DNA of 64,000 nt from Anaerolineales bacterium (GCA_041686005.1 JAWLER010000006.1:17635-81634); one strand, 5' to 3'; positions 9,304 through 20,119 are shown, counted from the first letter of the stretch. The notes: generated from the sequence alone by a model not told the origin. A program made the numbers and translations.

Positions 9304-10197
9304 TTAGCTTTCCCTGAAATCATAAATGCCGTCCCGGATGGGCCAATCCTGATCGCAGTGTAAGCAATGCAGATGATCTCCCTTTTTTGTCAGGGAAGAA
9401 CTCTCACATTTCGGACATTGGAAGAAACGGTCTCCACTCTCCAGGGAGGCGCGATCTCCCACCGCCGTATTGCGCACGAAGACGCTGGGGGAGAACTGAA
9501 ACAAATAGCCGGTATATTGGGCGATGGAATCCAGGGCGACCAGGATGGGGATGGGAACGTTGCGTTTTAAATAATCGATCCGAAAATAGGACACGGTCAG
9601 CTGATCGTCAATCCGGAAATCCAGGTCTCGAAGCCATTTCCGGATCGTGCGGGGGTGAAAATCAAAGTGCAATTCAGCGAACTCAACGGGTTGGGGGGAA
9701 AAAGGGTTCCAATCCTGCCAGCCAAGGAGGTAGCGCACGATGGCTTTGAGGTTCCTTTTATTGGCATATTCCAGGATGAAGACACCTTTGTTTTGCATCA
9801 CGCGCCGGATCTGTTCCAACGCGGCGGGAGCGTCCGCCATGTGATGTAAGGTGCGGATCATGGTCGCGCAGTCAAATAAACCGGATACAAACGGCAGTTG
9901 ATATACATCCCCGGCTACATAGACATATCCCTTCGACTTTCCCAGGCGTTCCTGTGCTTTTTGGAGTTGGGTGAGGGAGTAATCGAGGAGGACGACAGTA
10001 TCGAAACCTGTGTAGCGGGGCGTGTTTCGCCCCGCACCGGCTCCCACTTCTAAGAGCAGATGACCCATGGGAGGCAGCAGGCGCCGCAGGGCGACCTGTT
10101 CCACTCGATCTTCGTATTCCCGACCCCCTTCTTCCCAAAACTCGGTTTGATATTCTGATCCTTCGTAATCGCAGATGGGTGGTCTATCTTCTGCCAT
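9304..10197 (-). CDS. class I SAM-dependent methyltransferase with a C-terminal Trm112-like zinc ribbon
   Basis: SAM motif I LLEVGAGAGRN. The C-terminus has CPKC...CLHC followed by IRDGIYDF. Confidence 0.8.
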   Translation of the reverse strand: MAEDRPPICDYEGSEYQTEFWEEGGREYEDRVEQVALRRLLPPMGHLLLEVGAGAGRNTPRYTGFDTVVLLDYSLTQLQKAQERLGKSKGYVYVAGDVYQLPFVSGLFDCATMIRTLHHMADAPAALEQIRRVMQNKGVFILEYANKRNLKAIVRYLLGWQDWNPFSPQPVEFAELHFDFHPRTIRKWLRDLDFRIDDQLTVSYFRIDYLKRNVPIPILVALDSIAQYTGYLFQFSPSVFVRNTAVGDRASLESGDRFFQCPKCESSSLTKKGDHLHCLHCDQDWPIRDGIYDFRES

Positions 10198-10273
10198 GGG
10201 TGATCCTCAAAAAGGAAGGACGGCAGGGAGGTCCGCCATCCTTCCGTTCGTGCGAAAGTTTGCCTCAGCGATG

Positions 10274-11608
10274 TTAAGCGGATTCCTCTGTTATCTTTCT
10301 GCCATTGTACCCGCGGCCGACGCCCCGGTACTTGAATCCCATTTCGGTCAATTGGTTGGGGTCGTAGATGTTGCGGCCATCAAAAATCAGGGGTTGGTTC
10401 ATGACCTGGCGGATGCGTTCCAAATCCAATTGTTGGAATTCATTCCACTCCGTATTGACCATTAAGGCGTCACATCCTTCAGCCATTTTGTAAGGGCTTT
10501 CGACCATCTTTACGCTGGGCAGGATTTTGGCAGCTTCCTCCATGGCAATGGGGTCATAGGCAAGCACCTTCGCACCTTCTTTGAGCAGCAGGTTGGCGAT
10601 GGTGATGGACGGCGCATCCCGCATGTCATCCGTGTTGGGTTTGAAGGAGAGGCCCAGCAGGCCGATCTTTTTCCCCGTTAGGGAGTTGTCATCGAACATC
10701 ATGGTCAGTTTTTCGACCGCCATTTTGCGGCGGTCCGTGTTGATGTCCATCACAGAGTGCAGTAATTGGGGATGGCGCCCTTTTTCCTCCGCCATGTAGG
10801 CCAGGGCTTTGACATCTTTCGGGAAACAGGATCCGCCGTACCCGATCCCGGCGCGCAAAAAATGTGGACCGATGCGCTTGTCAAAACCCATACCGTTGGC
10901 GACTTCGGTGACATCCGCGCCCAGGTCTTCGCAAATGTTGGCGATCTCATTGATGAACGAAATCTTGGTCGCCAGAAAGGCATTGGAGGCATATTTGATC
11001 ATTTCCGCGGTGCGCAGGTCGGTGACCACGATGGGGGCCCGTAAAGGGAGATGTAATTGGGCGACTTTATCCGCAGCCTCTTCATCCAAAGAACCCACCA
11101 CAATACGGTGCGGGTTCATGAAATCCTGGATGGCAGACCCTTCCCGCAAGAATTCAGGGCAGGAGACCACGGAAAAGTGGGGTGCGTCCGGGTTGTGCTC
11201 CCTGATAATGTCCGCCACCCAGTCCCCCGTGCCGACAGGGACGGTGGATTTGTTGATGATGATCGAGTCCTCTTTCATCTCTTCCGAGATGGAACGCGCT
11301 GCGGATGCGACATACTGCAGGTCAGCTTCCCCGTCCACACCGGACGGTGTGCCGACGGCGATGAAAATGAATTCCGCCTTGTCCAGTCCTTGGGCATAAG
11401 AAGTGGTGAAGCTGATCCGGTCCGCCTCTATGTTGCGGTCTATAAGTTCTTTCAATCCTGGTTCGTATATGGGCATCTTCCCCTTTTTAAGGCCTTCGAT
11501 CTTCTGTTCGTCGACATCCAGGGCAACGACTGAGTTTCCCAGATCTGCGAAACAGGCTGCGGTGACAACGCCCACGTAACCCACGCCTACCACACAAATG
11601 TTTTTCAT
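10274..11608 (-). CDS. ugd: UDP-glucose 6-dehydrogenase
   Basis: Rossmann motif [21 protein letters not shown], a catalytic GGSCFPKD motif, and a C-terminal UDP-binding domain. The start is placed at ATG 11608 (AAGGA 8 nt upstream) rather than at the 28-codon-longer ORF start. Confidence 0.9.
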   Translation of the reverse strand: MKNICVVGVGYVGVVTAACFADLGNSVVALDVDEQKIEGLKKGKMPIYEPGLKELIDRNIEADRISFTTSYAQGLDKAEFIFIAVGTPSGVDGEADLQYVASAARSISEEMKEDSIIINKSTVPVGTGDWVADIIREHNPDAPHFSVVSCPEFLREGSAIQDFMNPHRIVVGSLDEEAADKVAQLHLPLRAPIVVTDLRTAEMIKYASNAFLATKISFINEIANICEDLGADVTEVANGMGFDKRIGPHFLRAGIGYGGSCFPKDVKALAYMAEEKGRHPQLLHSVMDINTDRRKMAVEKLTMMFDDNSLTGKKIGLLGLSFKPNTDDMRDAPSITIANLLLKEGAKVLAYDPIAMEEAAKILPSVKMVESPYKMAEGCDALMVNTEWNEFQQLDLERIRQVMNQPLIFDGRNIYDPNQLTEMGFKYRGVGRGYNGRKITEESA

Positions 11609-11841
11609 ACAGGGTATCCTTGTTTTGAGACGTTTGCTTGGTACAGCCAAAATCTTACCATAAGGTGTGATTTTTTGGAGGGGGAAAGGCATCTTTTAAC
11701 TATATTGATAGGCCGAAGGTGTGGTGAGTCCACTTCGATCTTCCGTTACAGTAAACGGTGCCCTCCAGCTTGTTTTCATTTCCCATGTCTGGATTATAAT
11801 AGGTATGCTGTTTTCAAAGACCACAGGCAGAGGAGGTAACC

Positions 11842-13494
11842 ATGTCTGGACCGAGAGAAGTGCGGGCACCCCGAGGGACGACAAGGGTGTGTAAATCTTG
11901 GCAGATCGAAGCCGCCTATCGCATGATCCAAAACAACCTGGACCCCGAGGTAGCGGGTGATCCTGAACATTTGATCGTCTACGGGGGCAGCGGGAAAGCT
12001 GCGCGAAGTTGGGAGGCTTTTGACGCGATTTTAGAGACGCTGCGGTCCATGGATGTGGACGATACCCTACTCGTACAATCCGGAAAGCCGGTGGGGGTGT
12101 TCAAGACTCATGAGGATGCACCGCGGGTGCTGATCGCCAATTCAAACCTCGTCCCCCACTGGGCGACCCAGGAACACTTTGACGAGTTGGCTGCCAAGGG
12201 TTTGATCATGTATGGTCAGATGACCGCCGGTTCCTGGATTTATATTGGCACGCAGGGTATATTGCAGGGGACGTACGAGACCCTGGGCTCTTTGGCAAGG
12301 CAACGAGGCTGGACCTCCTTGGCGGGTAAATTCGTCCTCACCGCGGGACTGGGGGAGATGGGGGGTGCCCAACCCATGGCGATCACCATGAATAAGGGCG
12401 TAGGGTTGATTGTGGAAGTCGATCCCGCCCGAGCGGAGCGCCGCTTGCATATGGGCTACGTGGACGAGGTCGTGGAAGACCTGGACCAGGCGTTGGGGTT
12501 GGTGGATACATACCTCAAGAACGGTCAAGCCCGATCTATTGGATTGATTGGCAATGCCGCTCAGGTATACCCGGAGCTGGTGAAACGGGACCGGATCCCG
12601 GATGTGGTCACCGACCAGACCCCAGCACATAATTCCCTCGATTATGTGCCCCTTGATCTATCCGTAGAAGAAGCGCATGGACTTCGAGCAACCGATCCCA
12701 AAGCGTACCGGAAGCGGGCGATGGAGTCCATGGCGGTTCACGTCCAGGCCATGCTCGATTTTCAAAAGAGGGGAGCGGAAGTTTTTGACTATGGAAATAA
12801 CATCCGGCAACAGGCTTTCAATCAGGGTGTGGAGGACGCATTTGATTTTCCGGGGTTTGTCCCCGCCTACATCCGGCCCCAGTTTTGTGAGGGGAAAGGC
12901 CCTTTCCGCTGGGTAGCGCTGTCGGGGGACCCGGAGGATCTGTACCGCACCGACGAGGTGATCCTGGAATTGTTCCCTGATGATGAACATCTCACCCGAT
13001 GGATCAATATGGCCCAGGAGAAAGTCCCCTTCCAGGGGCTGCCCTCCCGCATTTGCTGGCTGGGATACGGGGAGAGGGCCCAGGCAGGGTTGGCGTTCAA
13101 TGACCTGGTCGCGGATGGCACAGTGAAGGCGCCGATCGTCATCGGGCGGGACCACCTCGATTCCGGGTCTGTGGCTTCGCCGAACCGAGAGACGGAAAGC
13201 ATGAAAGACGGTTCAGATGCGATCAGCGATTGGCCTGTATTAAACGCGCTGCTCAACGCGGTGGGAGGGGCCACCTGGGTGTCTTTCCACCATGGGGGAG
13301 GTGTGGGCATCGGTTACAGCCAGCATGCCGGGCAGGTGATCGTCGCTGACGGCACCCAGGACGCTGCTCGAAGGCTGGAACGGGTGCTGACCACCGATCC
13401 GGGCATCGGGATCGTCCGTCACGCCGATGCCGGGTATCAGCAAGCGACTGCAGCGGCCAAACGACACGCCATCCGTATGCCTATGTTGAAGTGA
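11842..13494 (+). CDS. hutU: urocanate hydratase
   Basis: 550 aa. Urocanase signatures run throughout ([52 protein letters not shown]). Confidence 0.95.
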   Translation: MSGPREVRAPRGTTRVCKSWQIEAAYRMIQNNLDPEVAGDPEHLIVYGGSGKAARSWEAFDAILETLRSMDVDDTLLVQSGKPVGVFKTHEDAPRVLIANSNLVPHWATQEHFDELAAKGLIMYGQMTAGSWIYIGTQGILQGTYETLGSLARQRGWTSLAGKFVLTAGLGEMGGAQPMAITMNKGVGLIVEVDPARAERRLHMGYVDEVVEDLDQALGLVDTYLKNGQARSIGLIGNAAQVYPELVKRDRIPDVVTDQTPAHNSLDYVPLDLSVEEAHGLRATDPKAYRKRAMESMAVHVQAMLDFQKRGAEVFDYGNNIRQQAFNQGVEDAFDFPGFVPAYIRPQFCEGKGPFRWVALSGDPEDLYRTDEVILELFPDDEHLTRWINMAQEKVPFQGLPSRICWLGYGERAQAGLAFNDLVADGTVKAPIVIGRDHLDSGSVASPNRETESMKDGSDAISDWPVLNALLNAVGGATWVSFHHGGGVGIGYSQHAGQVIVADGTQDAARRLERVLTTDPGIGIVRHADAGYQQATAAAKRHAIRMPMLK

Positions 13495-13588
13495 GATATT
13501 ATCGGTAGGATCGGCCATCTTCTGGTTGATGGATTACGATCAGGGAGTCGGGTTCGGTGGATTTTCCAAAAAGCAGGAGAGATAACAA

Positions 13589-15829
13589 ATGAAACGAATC
13601 GGAATTCTGACCAGTGGTGGAGATGCGCCAGGTATGAACGCTGCCATCCGATCAGCCGTTCGTACCGCGTTGGATCGGGGGTTGGAGATCTACGCCATCC
13701 GGGATGGGTATCAAGGACTGGTGAACGGCGGAGATCGAATCCAAAAGATGGAATGGGATGCGGTCGGGGGCATTCTGCATCAAGGGGGAACGGTGATCGG
13801 CACAGCGCGATGTGATGAATTCGAGACCAAAGAAGGAAGGCGGAAAGCGGCCAAAACCCTGGTAGAACATGGCATCACAGGGTTGATCGTCATCGGGGGG
13901 GATGGGAGTCTGCTGGGCGCCTCCATTTTTCACAGTGAATGGCCGGATCTGCTTGAGTCCCTTGTGGAAGAGGGTGAGCTCTCGGCTGAAGATGTCTCAT
14001 CGCATCCGGAGATAAGCATCGTGGGCTTGCCGGGATCCATTGACAACGATATCTACGGTACCGATATGACCATCGGTGCGGATACCGCCCTGCATCGTAT
14101 TACAGAAGCCGTTGATGCCATCACCAGCACGGCCGCCAGCCACCAGCGGAGTTTCGTGGTCGAGGTCATGGGCAGGAATTGTGGATATCTGGCGATGATG
14201 GGCGCATTGGCCGCCGGGGCGGACTGGGTTTTCGTCCCCGAAAAACCTCCCCATCCGGAAGAATGGAAAGAGGAAATGTGCCGGTCCCTGAAAGCGGGCC
14301 GCAAGGCAGGACGGCGGGACAGCATCGTCGTCTTGGCGGAAGGGGCGATAGACAGTGAAGGGAACCCCATCACCAGTCAGGATGTCAAGGAAACGTTGGA
14401 GAAGAGGATCGGGGAAGAGACGAGGATCACTATTCTGGGTCATGTCCAGCGTGGAGGGTCTCCCAGCGCCTACGACCGCAATTTGGGTACGATCCTGGGT
14501 CATGCCGCGGTTCACAAGTTGTTGGAGATCGAGCCAGATGACGAACCGGTCTTGATCGGTATGCGAGGAAACCGGGTGGTGGACACGACGCTTCCTGAAT
14601 GCGTGGAGAAGACCAGGCAGGCCACCAAGCTCGTCAAGGAAAAGGAATTCCAACAGGTGACGGAACTCCGCGGGGAGAGTTTTAATTCCGCGTATAACAT
14701 CATGCAGACCTTGTCTCAATCCCATCCAGAGCCAGTGGAGGTCCCTCCCAAACCTTTGCGGATTGGGGTCATGCACTCCGGAGGACCGGCGCCAGGTATG
14801 AACACGGCTGTTCGGGCGGCTGTGCGGTGGGGGAAGAACCAGGGCCATGTCATGCTCGGGGTCTATAACGGTTTTCAGGGTCTGATCAAGGGAGAATTGG
14901 AGGAGTTAAGCTGGATGGATGTAGGGGGGTTGGTGAATCAGGGCGGGGCGGAATTGGGGACCAATCGGACCCTGCCGTCCAGTGGTGATTACTATGCCAT
15001 TGCCCGTAATTTAGAGAAAGAGGGTTTGGATGGCTTGCTGGTCATCGGCGGGGAGGCGGCTTATGACGGAGCCTATGAGATGTTCAGGCGGCGCCGTGAA
15101 TTTCCGAATTTTAATATCCCCATCGTCTGCCTCCCGGCTACTATTGACAACGATCGACCCGGCTCAGAATTGAGCATCGGCGCAGACACGGCGCTGAACA
15201 GCATCATCGAGGCGGTGGATAAAATCAAGCAGTCCGCTGTGGCCTCGCGGCGCTGTTTTGTGGTCGAGACCATGGGCGGATATTGTGGGTACCTGACATT
15301 GATGGGCGGCATGGCGACCGGAGCGGAGCGGGTCTACCTCCATGAGGAAGGGACCAATCTGAAAGATTTGCAGGATGATGTCGATCACCTGGTGACCGGC
15401 TTCAAGCAGGGAAAACGCTTGGGATTGATGATCCGCAACGAGTATGCTCATAACGTCTATACTACGGATTTCATGGTCCGTCTCTTCGAAGCCGAGGGGA
15501 AAGAATTATTTGATGTCCGCCAGGCAATCCTGGGGCACCTCCAGCAAGGTGGCAACCCCACCCCCTTTGACCGCATTCAGGCCGCTCTCCTGGCTGTCCG
15601 ATGTGTGGATTTCATCATCGATGAGGCGATGTCCGACGAACCCAGGAGCGTTTTCATGGGCAGGGAGGGAGGCAAGATCCACTTTACGGGGATGGAGGAT
15701 TACCCCCGCTCGGAGGACCGAGATTTTGGGCGGCCGAAAAACCAGTGGTGGATGGATTTGCGGCCCATCGCCCACGTCTTAGCTCAACCGGGTCCTAGCC
15801 AAGGGGAGAAGAAGGAGCCTACGGCTTAG
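13589..15829 (+). CDS. pfk: ATP-dependent 6-phosphofructokinase, tandem two-domain (eukaryote-type) form
   Basis: 746 aa. The N-half has catalytic motifs GGDAPGMNAAIR, GGDGS, PGSIDND, MGRNCGYLA and GHVQRGG. The C-half has GGPAPGMNTAVR, GGEAAY, PATIDND, MGGYCGYL and GHLQQGG. Confidence 0.9.
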   Translation: MKRIGILTSGGDAPGMNAAIRSAVRTALDRGLEIYAIRDGYQGLVNGGDRIQKMEWDAVGGILHQGGTVIGTARCDEFETKEGRRKAAKTLVEHGITGLIVIGGDGSLLGASIFHSEWPDLLESLVEEGELSAEDVSSHPEISIVGLPGSIDNDIYGTDMTIGADTALHRITEAVDAITSTAASHQRSFVVEVMGRNCGYLAMMGALAAGADWVFVPEKPPHPEEWKEEMCRSLKAGRKAGRRDSIVVLAEGAIDSEGNPITSQDVKETLEKRIGEETRITILGHVQRGGSPSAYDRNLGTILGHAAVHKLLEIEPDDEPVLIGMRGNRVVDTTLPECVEKTRQATKLVKEKEFQQVTELRGESFNSAYNIMQTLSQSHPEPVEVPPKPLRIGVMHSGGPAPGMNTAVRAAVRWGKNQGHVMLGVYNGFQGLIKGELEELSWMDVGGLVNQGGAELGTNRTLPSSGDYYAIARNLEKEGLDGLLVIGGEAAYDGAYEMFRRRREFPNFNIPIVCLPATIDNDRPGSELSIGADTALNSIIEAVDKIKQSAVASRRCFVVETMGGYCGYLTLMGGMATGAERVYLHEEGTNLKDLQDDVDHLVTGFKQGKRLGLMIRNEYAHNVYTTDFMVRLFEAEGKELFDVRQAILGHLQQGGNPTPFDRIQAALLAVRCVDFIIDEAMSDEPRSVFMGREGGKIHFTGMEDYPRSEDRDFGRPKNQWWMDLRPIAHVLAQPGPSQGEKKEPTA

Positions 15830-15850
15830 GTCCCGCTTACCCGATATGCA

Positions 15851-15882
15851 AACACCCCGGCAAGGTGCCCGCCGGGGTGTTG
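15851..15882. terminator. hairpin between convergent pfk and dnaE (probable terminator)
   Basis: AACACCCCGGC-aaggtgcc-CGCCGGGGTGTT is a GC-rich stem. The flanking T-run is weak. Confidence 0.45.
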
Positions 15883-15905
15883 ATTATATAAAAACGGTCG
15901 CCATC

Positions 15906-18900
15906 TTAGCTGTAAGGCAATTTCTCCACCTGGACGTTTTCTTCTCCGATCATCTCTTGTAGATCGTTGATCAGGGCCGGGGACAGTTTCGTGGTGGCAT
16001 TGGGAAATTCCAGCAAATGGCTGCGATCATCCTCTATGATCTGGAACGCAAATTGATCTTCACCGGCGTAGCTGATCAAGGTGCCGTAAATTTGCCGCAG
16101 GCGCAGCTTGTCTCTCAATTTATCGCCGTCTTGTTTTAAGATGATGGTCACCATGTAGTCGGCATCTTCCTCAAATTCCCAGGTAGGCTGGGATGGTTGA
16201 GGTTCGGCTGCCTCTTCCTGTGGACGCTCTTGGAGCGGCTCCGGTCGGTCTTCCCCAGGTGGTGGCTCCTGGCTGGTTTGATCTGAAGGGGATGTCTCCG
16301 ATGTTTGGGGACTGGCCTCCTCAAGCGTTGTTGGTGGGAGGTCCTCCATATCCTCCCCTTGCACGGGATCCGATTTGAGCGGTTCTTCGCCCTCATCCCA
16401 ATCCTGGGGGAATGGGTCGGGTGGGGGAGGTGAGGAGGCCTCCAAAGCAGCCCCCTCTTCTGGAGGGGGGTCTATCTTCTGAGGGGTTTGCTCGAGGTCG
16501 GGTCGGTCCTCTTCGTGTTGAGACCCCCTTTCCCTTCCCTCTTCCTCTCTTCCCGGTTGATTTTTTTGGGGATCCGCAGGTTGCAATTTCGTGGTCACCC
16601 GGTTGACAAGCACTTTTGGCTCGCCGCGTTGTGTGTCGACTTTTCCAGTGACCTTAATGATTTCGTCAAATTGGATTAATTCCGCGTTCTTTTTCCATAC
16701 GGAGGGGAAGATGACCAGGTCAATGGTCCCCTGGATATCTTCAATGGTCACGAATGCCATTGGGTTGCCATTTTTCGTCTGGTGGTGACGGATGTGGGTC
16801 ACAATTCCGGCCACTGTGACCTGCTCATGGTGGTTTGCTTCCCCTAACTCCTGGGAAAAATAAGTCACATTCTGCTTCAAAGCATCGATCACAGTGCTCA
16901 AGGGGTGGTCGGAGACATACAGTCCAATCAGTTCCTTTTCCCAGTCCAGTTGAGCGCGGCGGCTGATCTTCGCCGGTGTGTCTGGAAGCTCGATGCGTTC
17001 CTCAAGGCCAGAGTCCCCTCCGAACATGGATATTTGCCCGGCATCCCGGGCCTGGAACGTGGCTGAGCTGATGGCGATGATGGAATCCATGGCTTCTAAG
17101 AGGGCAGGGCGCTCTCCAAAATCGTCTAGGGCGCCGACCTGGATTAAGCATTCCAGAGCCCTTTTCCCCACCCGGCGGAGATCCACCCGTTTCAAGAAGT
17201 CATTGATGTCCCTGAAGGGTTTTTCGCCCCGCCCTTCCTTAATGGCGTTCACCGGACCCTCACCTACGTTCTTCACCGCACCCAGTCCAAAGCGAATGGC
17301 GGATTCCCCCTGGGGTCCGTCCTCAATGGTGAATCCCCAATCGCTGTAATTGACATTGGGGGGCAGGATTTCTATGCCCATTTGCCTGCATTCCGAGGCG
17401 TAGAGGGTGACTTTATCGGTGTTGTTCTGATAAACGGTCAGCAGGGCGGTCATGTATTCCACGGGGTAGTGGGTTTTCAGGTACGCGGTTTGCACGGAGA
17501 TCAGCCCGTAGTCCGCTGCATGGGCCTTATTAAATCCGTAGCGGGCGAATTTTTCCCAATCAGTGAATATCTGCCTGGCTGTGTCCCTGTCAATCCCCTT
17601 TTCCACAGCGCCTTGGATGAATTTTTTACGGTGTTTGATGAGCTGTTTTTTCTTCTTTTTAGCCACCGCTTTTCGCAAGCTGTCCGCTTCCGAGGGCTCA
17701 TATCCTGCCAGCTCCACGGCGCTGTGCATGATCTGTTCCTGGTAAACGGGGAGGCCGTACGTCTCTTCATAAATAGAGGCCAAGTCCGGATGGCGGTAAC
17801 TGATCTTTTCTTTCCCGTGCATGCGGCTGATGTAATCAGGGATGAAATCCATCGGTCCCGGGCGGTATAAGGCGACCATAGCGATGACATGAGCCAGCTT
17901 TTGGGGTTTCATGACCTTCAGATAGCGGCGCATCCCGGAGCTCTCCACCTGGAAGAGGCCGATCGTTTCCCCCCGGCCAATCAGCTCATAGGTCTCCGGA
18001 TCGTCCGTGGGGATATTGTCCAGGGTGAGTTCTATCCCATGCCTTTCTTTGATCAGTTTGCTGGCCCTGGTCATGATGGTCAATGTCGACAAGCCCAGGA
18101 AATCGATTTTGAGCAATCCCAGACGATCGATCACTGACATCTCATATTGAGTGACAGTGTCGATAGGGGTGTCGCCGATGTTCCCAGTTGGGCGGTGTAA
18201 GGGGGCATATTCCACCACAGGTTTATCCGTGACCACCACGCCGGCCGCGTGGGTGCCCGCGTTGCGGACCGTGCCTTCCACTCCTTTGGCGGTTTCAATT
18301 AAGTCCTGCAGGTAAGGCGCATCCTCATAGAGCTGCTTGAATTCGGTGGATTTCTCTAAGGCCTCTTCAATGCTCATGGGGGGCAGGTTGGGTATGGTTT
18401 TTGCCACCCGGTCCACCTCTTGGAGGGGGATGTCCATCACCCGGCCCACATCCCGAATGGCGGCTCTGGCTTTCATGGTCCCGAAGGTGATGATTTGGGC
18501 TACCTTATCATGTCCGTATTTATCTGCACAGTATTGCATCAATTCTGCCCGCCGGTCATCCGGGAAATCAAGGTCGATATCCGGCATGTTGACCCGGCCG
18601 GGGTTCAGGAAGCGTTCAAAGATCAGCTTGTGTTTCAAGGGGTCAATGGGGGTGATTTCCAGGGCGTAGGCGACGATAGAGCCCGCGGCGGAACCGCGCG
18701 CGTTGTACCAGATGCCCCGCTTTTGCGCGTACTGGCAGATGTCCCAGACGATCAAGAAGTAGGCATCGAACTCCATATCGCTGATGATTTTCAGCTCATA
18801 ATTGAGGCGTTCCTGTACTTCTGGGGTGTCCGCCCTGCCCTGGTACCTCTTTTGGATCCCTTTTTCACATAATTCTCTTAAATAGGACTTCGGGGTTTTC

Positions 18901-19769
18901 CCATCAGGAACGGGGAAATGCGGCAAGTGGTATTCCTGGAAACTGAGGTCGACCTCGCAGCGCTCCGCAATATGGAGTGTGTTCTCTATGGCCCCCGGTA
19001 CTTCCGCGAAGAGCGTCTTCATCTCTTGGGGTGTCCTCAGGTAATAGGAGTCATCCGTCATCCGCATGCGGTCCGGGTCATTGAGTAATTTTCCTGTTTT
19101 GATGGCCAGGAGGACGTCCTGGAGCTTGGCGTCGGCGGGGTTCACATAGTGAACATCGTTGGTTGCGATATACCGGGCATCATAGCGCGGGCCCATATCC
19201 AAAAGGGTTTGATTGATCTTTTCCAGTTCTGGTATGTCGTGTTTTTGAAGTTCCAGGAAAAAACGATCCGGGCCAAAGACATCGAAATACCAATCCAACT
19301 TGTTGCGGGCTTCTTCAAGCTGACCTCTTTTAATGGCCCGGGGGATTTCCGCGGACATACAACCTGAGGTGGCGATCAAACCATTGGCATGGGCGGCAAG
19401 GTAGTCACGGTCAATGCGGGGGTAGTAATAGAAGCCTTCCAATTGGGCGGCAGAGGTGATCTTCAATAAATTTTTGTAGCCTTGTTGGTTTTCCGCCAGC
19501 AGCAACAAGTGGGAGGCTTGTTTGTCTTTCCGGGGATCGCGGTCCTTCATGCCCCGGGGAGCGAGGTAGGCTTCCACGCCGATGATCGGCTTGATGCCTA
19601 CCTCCTTCGCCACATGATAAAAATCGACCACGCCGTACATCGTGCCGTGGTCAGTGATGGCTATGGCGGGCATCTCTAGTTCTTTAGCTCGTTGGACCAG
19701 ATCGTCAATGTCGCTAAAACCATCTAATATGGAATATTCTGTGTGAACGTGGAGATGGGCAAATGACAT
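15906..19769 (-). CDS. dnaE: DNA polymerase III alpha subunit (DnaE) with an unusual C-terminal extension
   Basis: 1287 aa with an N-terminal PHP domain (FAHLHVHTEYSILDG), a Pol III alpha core, an HhH region and an OB fold. These are followed by a roughly 140-aa acidic/Pro-rich tract and a roughly 85-aa terminal module. Confidence 0.95.
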   Translation of the reverse strand: MSFAHLHVHTEYSILDGFSDIDDLVQRAKELEMPAIAITDHGTMYGVVDFYHVAKEVGIKPIIGVEAYLAPRGMKDRDPRKDKQASHLLLLAENQQGYKNLLKITSAAQLEGFYYYPRIDRDYLAAHANGLIATSGCMSAEIPRAIKRGQLEEARNKLDWYFDVFGPDRFFLELQKHDIPELEKINQTLLDMGPRYDARYIATNDVHYVNPADAKLQDVLLAIKTGKLLNDPDRMRMTDDSYYLRTPQEMKTLFAEVPGAIENTLHIAERCEVDLSFQEYHLPHFPVPDGKTPKSYLRELCEKGIQKRYQGRADTPEVQERLNYELKIISDMEFDAYFLIVWDICQYAQKRGIWYNARGSAAGSIVAYALEITPIDPLKHKLIFERFLNPGRVNMPDIDLDFPDDRRAELMQYCADKYGHDKVAQIITFGTMKARAAIRDVGRVMDIPLQEVDRVAKTIPNLPPMSIEEALEKSTEFKQLYEDAPYLQDLIETAKGVEGTVRNAGTHAAGVVVTDKPVVEYAPLHRPTGNIGDTPIDTVTQYEMSVIDRLGLLKIDFLGLSTLTIMTRASKLIKERHGIELTLDNIPTDDPETYELIGRGETIGLFQVESSGMRRYLKVMKPQKLAHVIAMVALYRPGPMDFIPDYISRMHGKEKISYRHPDLASIYEETYGLPVYQEQIMHSAVELAGYEPSEADSLRKAVAKKKKKQLIKHRKKFIQGAVEKGIDRDTARQIFTDWEKFARYGFNKAHAADYGLISVQTAYLKTHYPVEYMTALLTVYQNNTDKVTLYASECRQMGIEILPPNVNYSDWGFTIEDGPQGESAIRFGLGAVKNVGEGPVNAIKEGRGEKPFRDINDFLKRVDLRRVGKRALECLIQVGALDDFGERPALLEAMDSIIAISSATFQARDAGQISMFGGDSGLEERIELPDTPAKISRRAQLDWEKELIGLYVSDHPLSTVIDALKQNVTYFSQELGEANHHEQVTVAGIVTHIRHHQTKNGNPMAFVTIEDIQGTIDLVIFPSVWKKNAELIQFDEIIKVTGKVDTQRGEPKVLVNRVTTKLQPADPQKNQPGREEEGRERGSQHEEDRPDLEQTPQKIDPPPEEGAALEASSPPPPDPFPQDWDEGEEPLKSDPVQGEDMEDLPPTTLEEASPQTSETSPSDQTSQEPPPGEDRPEPLQERPQEEAAEPQPSQPTWEFEEDADYMVTIILKQDGDKLRDKLRLRQIYGTLISYAGEDQFAFQIIEDDRSHLLEFPNATTKLSPALINDLQEMIGEENVQVEKLPYS

Positions 19770-20085
19770 GGATTGAGGAGCGTTTAAAAGGTGATTGTGG
19801 AATGAGTATCTGTCTTGTTGTAATACCGCTTCGTGGGATTTCTGAGGTATTAACTTATAAAATATCTATCAACGTGATTATAGCATGGAAGGGGTGTGTT
19901 GGGTTTAAAAGGTGTAAAAATTTAAGCCAGAAATCATCTGGAAGCGTTGTCTGTATCCCCCGTGTTTCCCTTAATTGATGAGAGTCGGGCTCGCCAGTGC
20001 CCGACTCTCTCTAAGGAGGAGAAGAAGAGAAATTGCCTTTCGATATACAGTTTAACTGATATACGAAATGCTTGCTTGACGACAA

Positions 20086-20119
20086 TCTTACGCTTTTCCT
20101 ACGCTTAACCTACGCTTGC
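20086..20119 (+). repeat. three 11-bp-phased direct repeats (C)CTACGCTT upstream of ogt
   Basis: TACGCTT starts at 20089, 20100 and 20111, exactly 11 bp apart. The repeats lie between a TTGACG-like element (20075-20080) and CATAAT/TACAAT (20132-20144). Confidence 0.5.

Noticed and set aside
11609-11692. A 28-codon N-terminal extension of ugd, as called by the longest ORF.
   Set aside because: The Rossmann fold begins at [13 protein letters not shown], and that ATG has an AAGGA box. The extension has no homology-like features.
13997-14848. 283-aa ORF on the minus strand inside pfk. Similar long antisense ORFs occur at 38554..39432, 58127..59044, 62927..63865, 28791..29387, 26677..27294 and 12658..13155.
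   Set aside because: Each lies entirely antisense to a gene with unambiguous family motifs. Their products are low-complexity and Arg/Pro/Gly-rich, as expected for shadow ORFs in GC-rich coding DNA. None has a start signal.
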